Origin: Tubulanus polymorphus
Lineage: Eukaryota; Animalia; Nemertea
Length of the DNA: 64,000 nucleotides
Assembly (NCBI RefSeq): GCF_964204645.1
Contig: NC_134033.1
Coordinates: 6,224,231-6,288,230 of the forward strand
Reading direction: 5' to 3'
Under the pieces are notes generated by a model that ran no database searches, had not been told where the DNA came from, and saw nothing but the letters and a program-made list of their open reading frames with translations. Within the stretch, counting starts at the first letter, position 1. Every line of letters starts with the position of its first letter. Positions 62,299 through 64,000 of this stretch are shown piece after piece. Made by a program: the position numbers and the translations under genes.

Positions 62299-64000
62299 TG
62301 TGGGCTATGATTGCCACATTAAATGGTCCAGGTTTGAGTAAAATAAGCAAGACCGCCGGATAGGTGAACAACGACCAATATGTTTGGTGTCTAAGTAAAC
62401 TCTGATTTATTTATCTACTCGCTACAGCATAAGTTCATGCGGGGCTTACATAGGCGGGGTTACATGAACTGAGGGGAGTGCGTTACTGGTAACTGACATA
62501 TAACAATTCCCGACATTCTCCCGGGCGACAGAAAATTACTAGATAGATGTAATTAAGAAAAATGTTACTACAACTAAATAATATCGATATTCGAATAAAT
62601 GATGCATGTATATTGTTATAAATTTATGATAGTCAGATAAGGAACTACTGACAACTAAAAATGATGTGTATAATTGAAATTAATTCTAAAACTAAGATTA
62701 TAAAGTCTACTACATTGCGTTGTGTTTGTTGTTTAGGTCCGAGTGACCTAGCGTTGACCTGAGCGGTTATCAATTAATTAACTACTACATGTATCAGACA
62801 GCACGTTAGCCCATCTACTGATGTTATTTCTAGCCTCGGCAGCTGCCTTTCTCGTCGAATGACGTGTGACGGGTGCAGAATTTACGTTTGAGTCCGGTTT
62901 GCACGTGTTCGAGGGATCTGCGGCGCGCACTTCAAGAGGGTAGAGTTTGCTAATTGGTCGATTAGTTCTGCCATTCGAAATTTTGATCTTAGCGGTTCTA
63001 ACTAAGCCGTCGTTCCCCGGAACGAGTTCCTCGACCAGTGCTAGTCTCCATTTCAGACGCGAATTATGATTGTCGTCGTGTACTAACACGACATCACCCT
63101 TTCTGATGGTATTTCCAGTTAATCCGCGACTTTTAAATTGGATGTGTCTTTCGCGTAGGGCTGTTACGTATTCCTCAGCCCAACGTTTCCACAGATGTTG
63201 TTTTAATGAACCGATTCGCACCGAACGTTTTTCAAATTCTGACGGCATATTTCCAAGCGTCGGGTCGGTCAGTTCATCGTAACTTACGAACAGATGCGGT
63301 AAACTCGTGAGAACGCGACCGTGAAGGAAATGTGACGGGGTTAAAGGTTCTGGGTCGTCCACATCAGATGAACAGTACGATATCGGGCGATTATTTACAG
63401 CTTGTTCAGTCTCTGATACGATCGTAATCAATTCCAGCAGGGATATTCGCGCACGCCCCAGAACTTTTTTGATCGCGGTTTTTGTTATTCCAACTAGCCT
63501 TTCGTAAAATCCACCAAACCAGGGGGCTCGACGAGTTATCATGACCCACTCTGATCGGTGTAGGCTGAAGTACTTTCGGGTTTCGATCGATTCGTATATC
63601 TTTTTGATAGCATTGTTACTCGCAATAAAGGTTGATTGGTTGTCCGATATTATTTTCTGTGGTAACGAACGTCTGGCAGCCATTCTCCTCAACGCGTGTA
63701 GGAATGTTGACGTAGTCATGTCCGTTACCACTTCCAGATGGATGGCACGCGTGTTCGCGCAAGTAAACAAGCATATATACGCGAGTGACTCCTCCCCGGA
63801 TTTCGACCGAAGATGTAGTGCACCGGTGAAATCTAAACCACAGACGGTGAAGGGTGGAGCCTCTTTCAAACGCGAAGATTGTAACGGAGCGCAGTTTGGT
63901 AACGAGTACGGTTTACCGGTGATATATTTGCATATGACGCATTTTCTCAACAACTTCCGAGCCACTTGACGAACACGAGTAATCCAATACTTTTGTCGGA
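62299..64000 (-). mobile_element. BEL/Pao LTR retrotransposon, 3' part (3' LTR ~62299-62515)
   Basis: Integrase ORF, then purine-rich GGGAGAA abutting TG at 62515; AATAAA inside the putative LTR. Confidence 0.8.
62778..63965 (-). CDS. BEL/Pao polyprotein C-terminus: integrase plus DUF5641-like domain (continues beyond the window)
   Basis: CVIC, PFTVCGLDFTG, RAIHLEVV, IISDN, APWFGGFYERLV, LTPSHFL, GDVVLV..W.LA.V..G.DGLVR, RPISKLYPLE. Confidence 0.92.
   Translation of the reverse strand: MARKLLRKCVICKYITGKPYSLPNCAPLQSSRLKEAPPFTVCGLDFTGALHLRSKSGEESLAYICLFTCANTRAIHLEVVTDMTTSTFLHALRRMAARRSLPQKIISDNQSTFIASNNAIKKIYESIETRKYFSLHRSEWVMITRRAPWFGGFYERLVGITKTAIKKVLGRARISLLELITIVSETEQAVNNRPISYCSSDVDDPEPLTPSHFLHGRVLTSLPHLFVSYDELTDPTLGNMPSEFEKRSVRIGSLKQHLWKRWAEEYVTALRERHIQFKSRGLTGNTIRKGDVVLVHDDNHNSRLKWRLALVEELVPGNDGLVRTAKIKISNGRTNRPISKLYPLEVRAADPSNTCKPDSNVNSAPVTRHSTRKAAAEARNNISRWANVLSDTCSS

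Overview
Eukaryotic (invertebrate-like, intron- and repeat-rich) genomic DNA. 1-16.2 kb holds a multi-exon C5orf34-like host gene on the minus strand, with MITEs and Helentron-like repeats in its introns. The centrepiece is a very AT-rich, 16.1-kb Polinton/Maverick (endogenous adintovirus-like) element at 20874-36964, with 80-bp perfect TIRs and a 6-bp TSD (TACTTC). It is inserted in opposite orientation into the remnant of a closely related Polinton (19912-20873 and 36965-37035). It encodes a protein-primed PolB (disrupted), minor and major capsid proteins, an rve integrase with chromodomain, a truncated packaging ATPase, an HNH nuclease, a block of membrane proteins, and a zinc-finger protein whose C-terminus resembles the poxvirus/NCLDV late transcription factor VLTF3. 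Almost every gene of the element starts in a T-run + TAAATG context that matches poxvirus late promoters. The non-structural genes also carry an invariant 20-bp box (ACTCATCACCACAAGTAATT, 6 copies) that is part of the TIR. This suggests a two-class transcription programme with its own factor. 37-64 kb holds nested LINE fragments (one with a 2A-like DVELNPGP motif), two intronless rhodopsin-type GPCR genes, MITEs with TSDs, a SINE and the 3' part of a BEL/Pao LTR retrotransposon. Family assignments come from motif recognition by eye; no searches were run.
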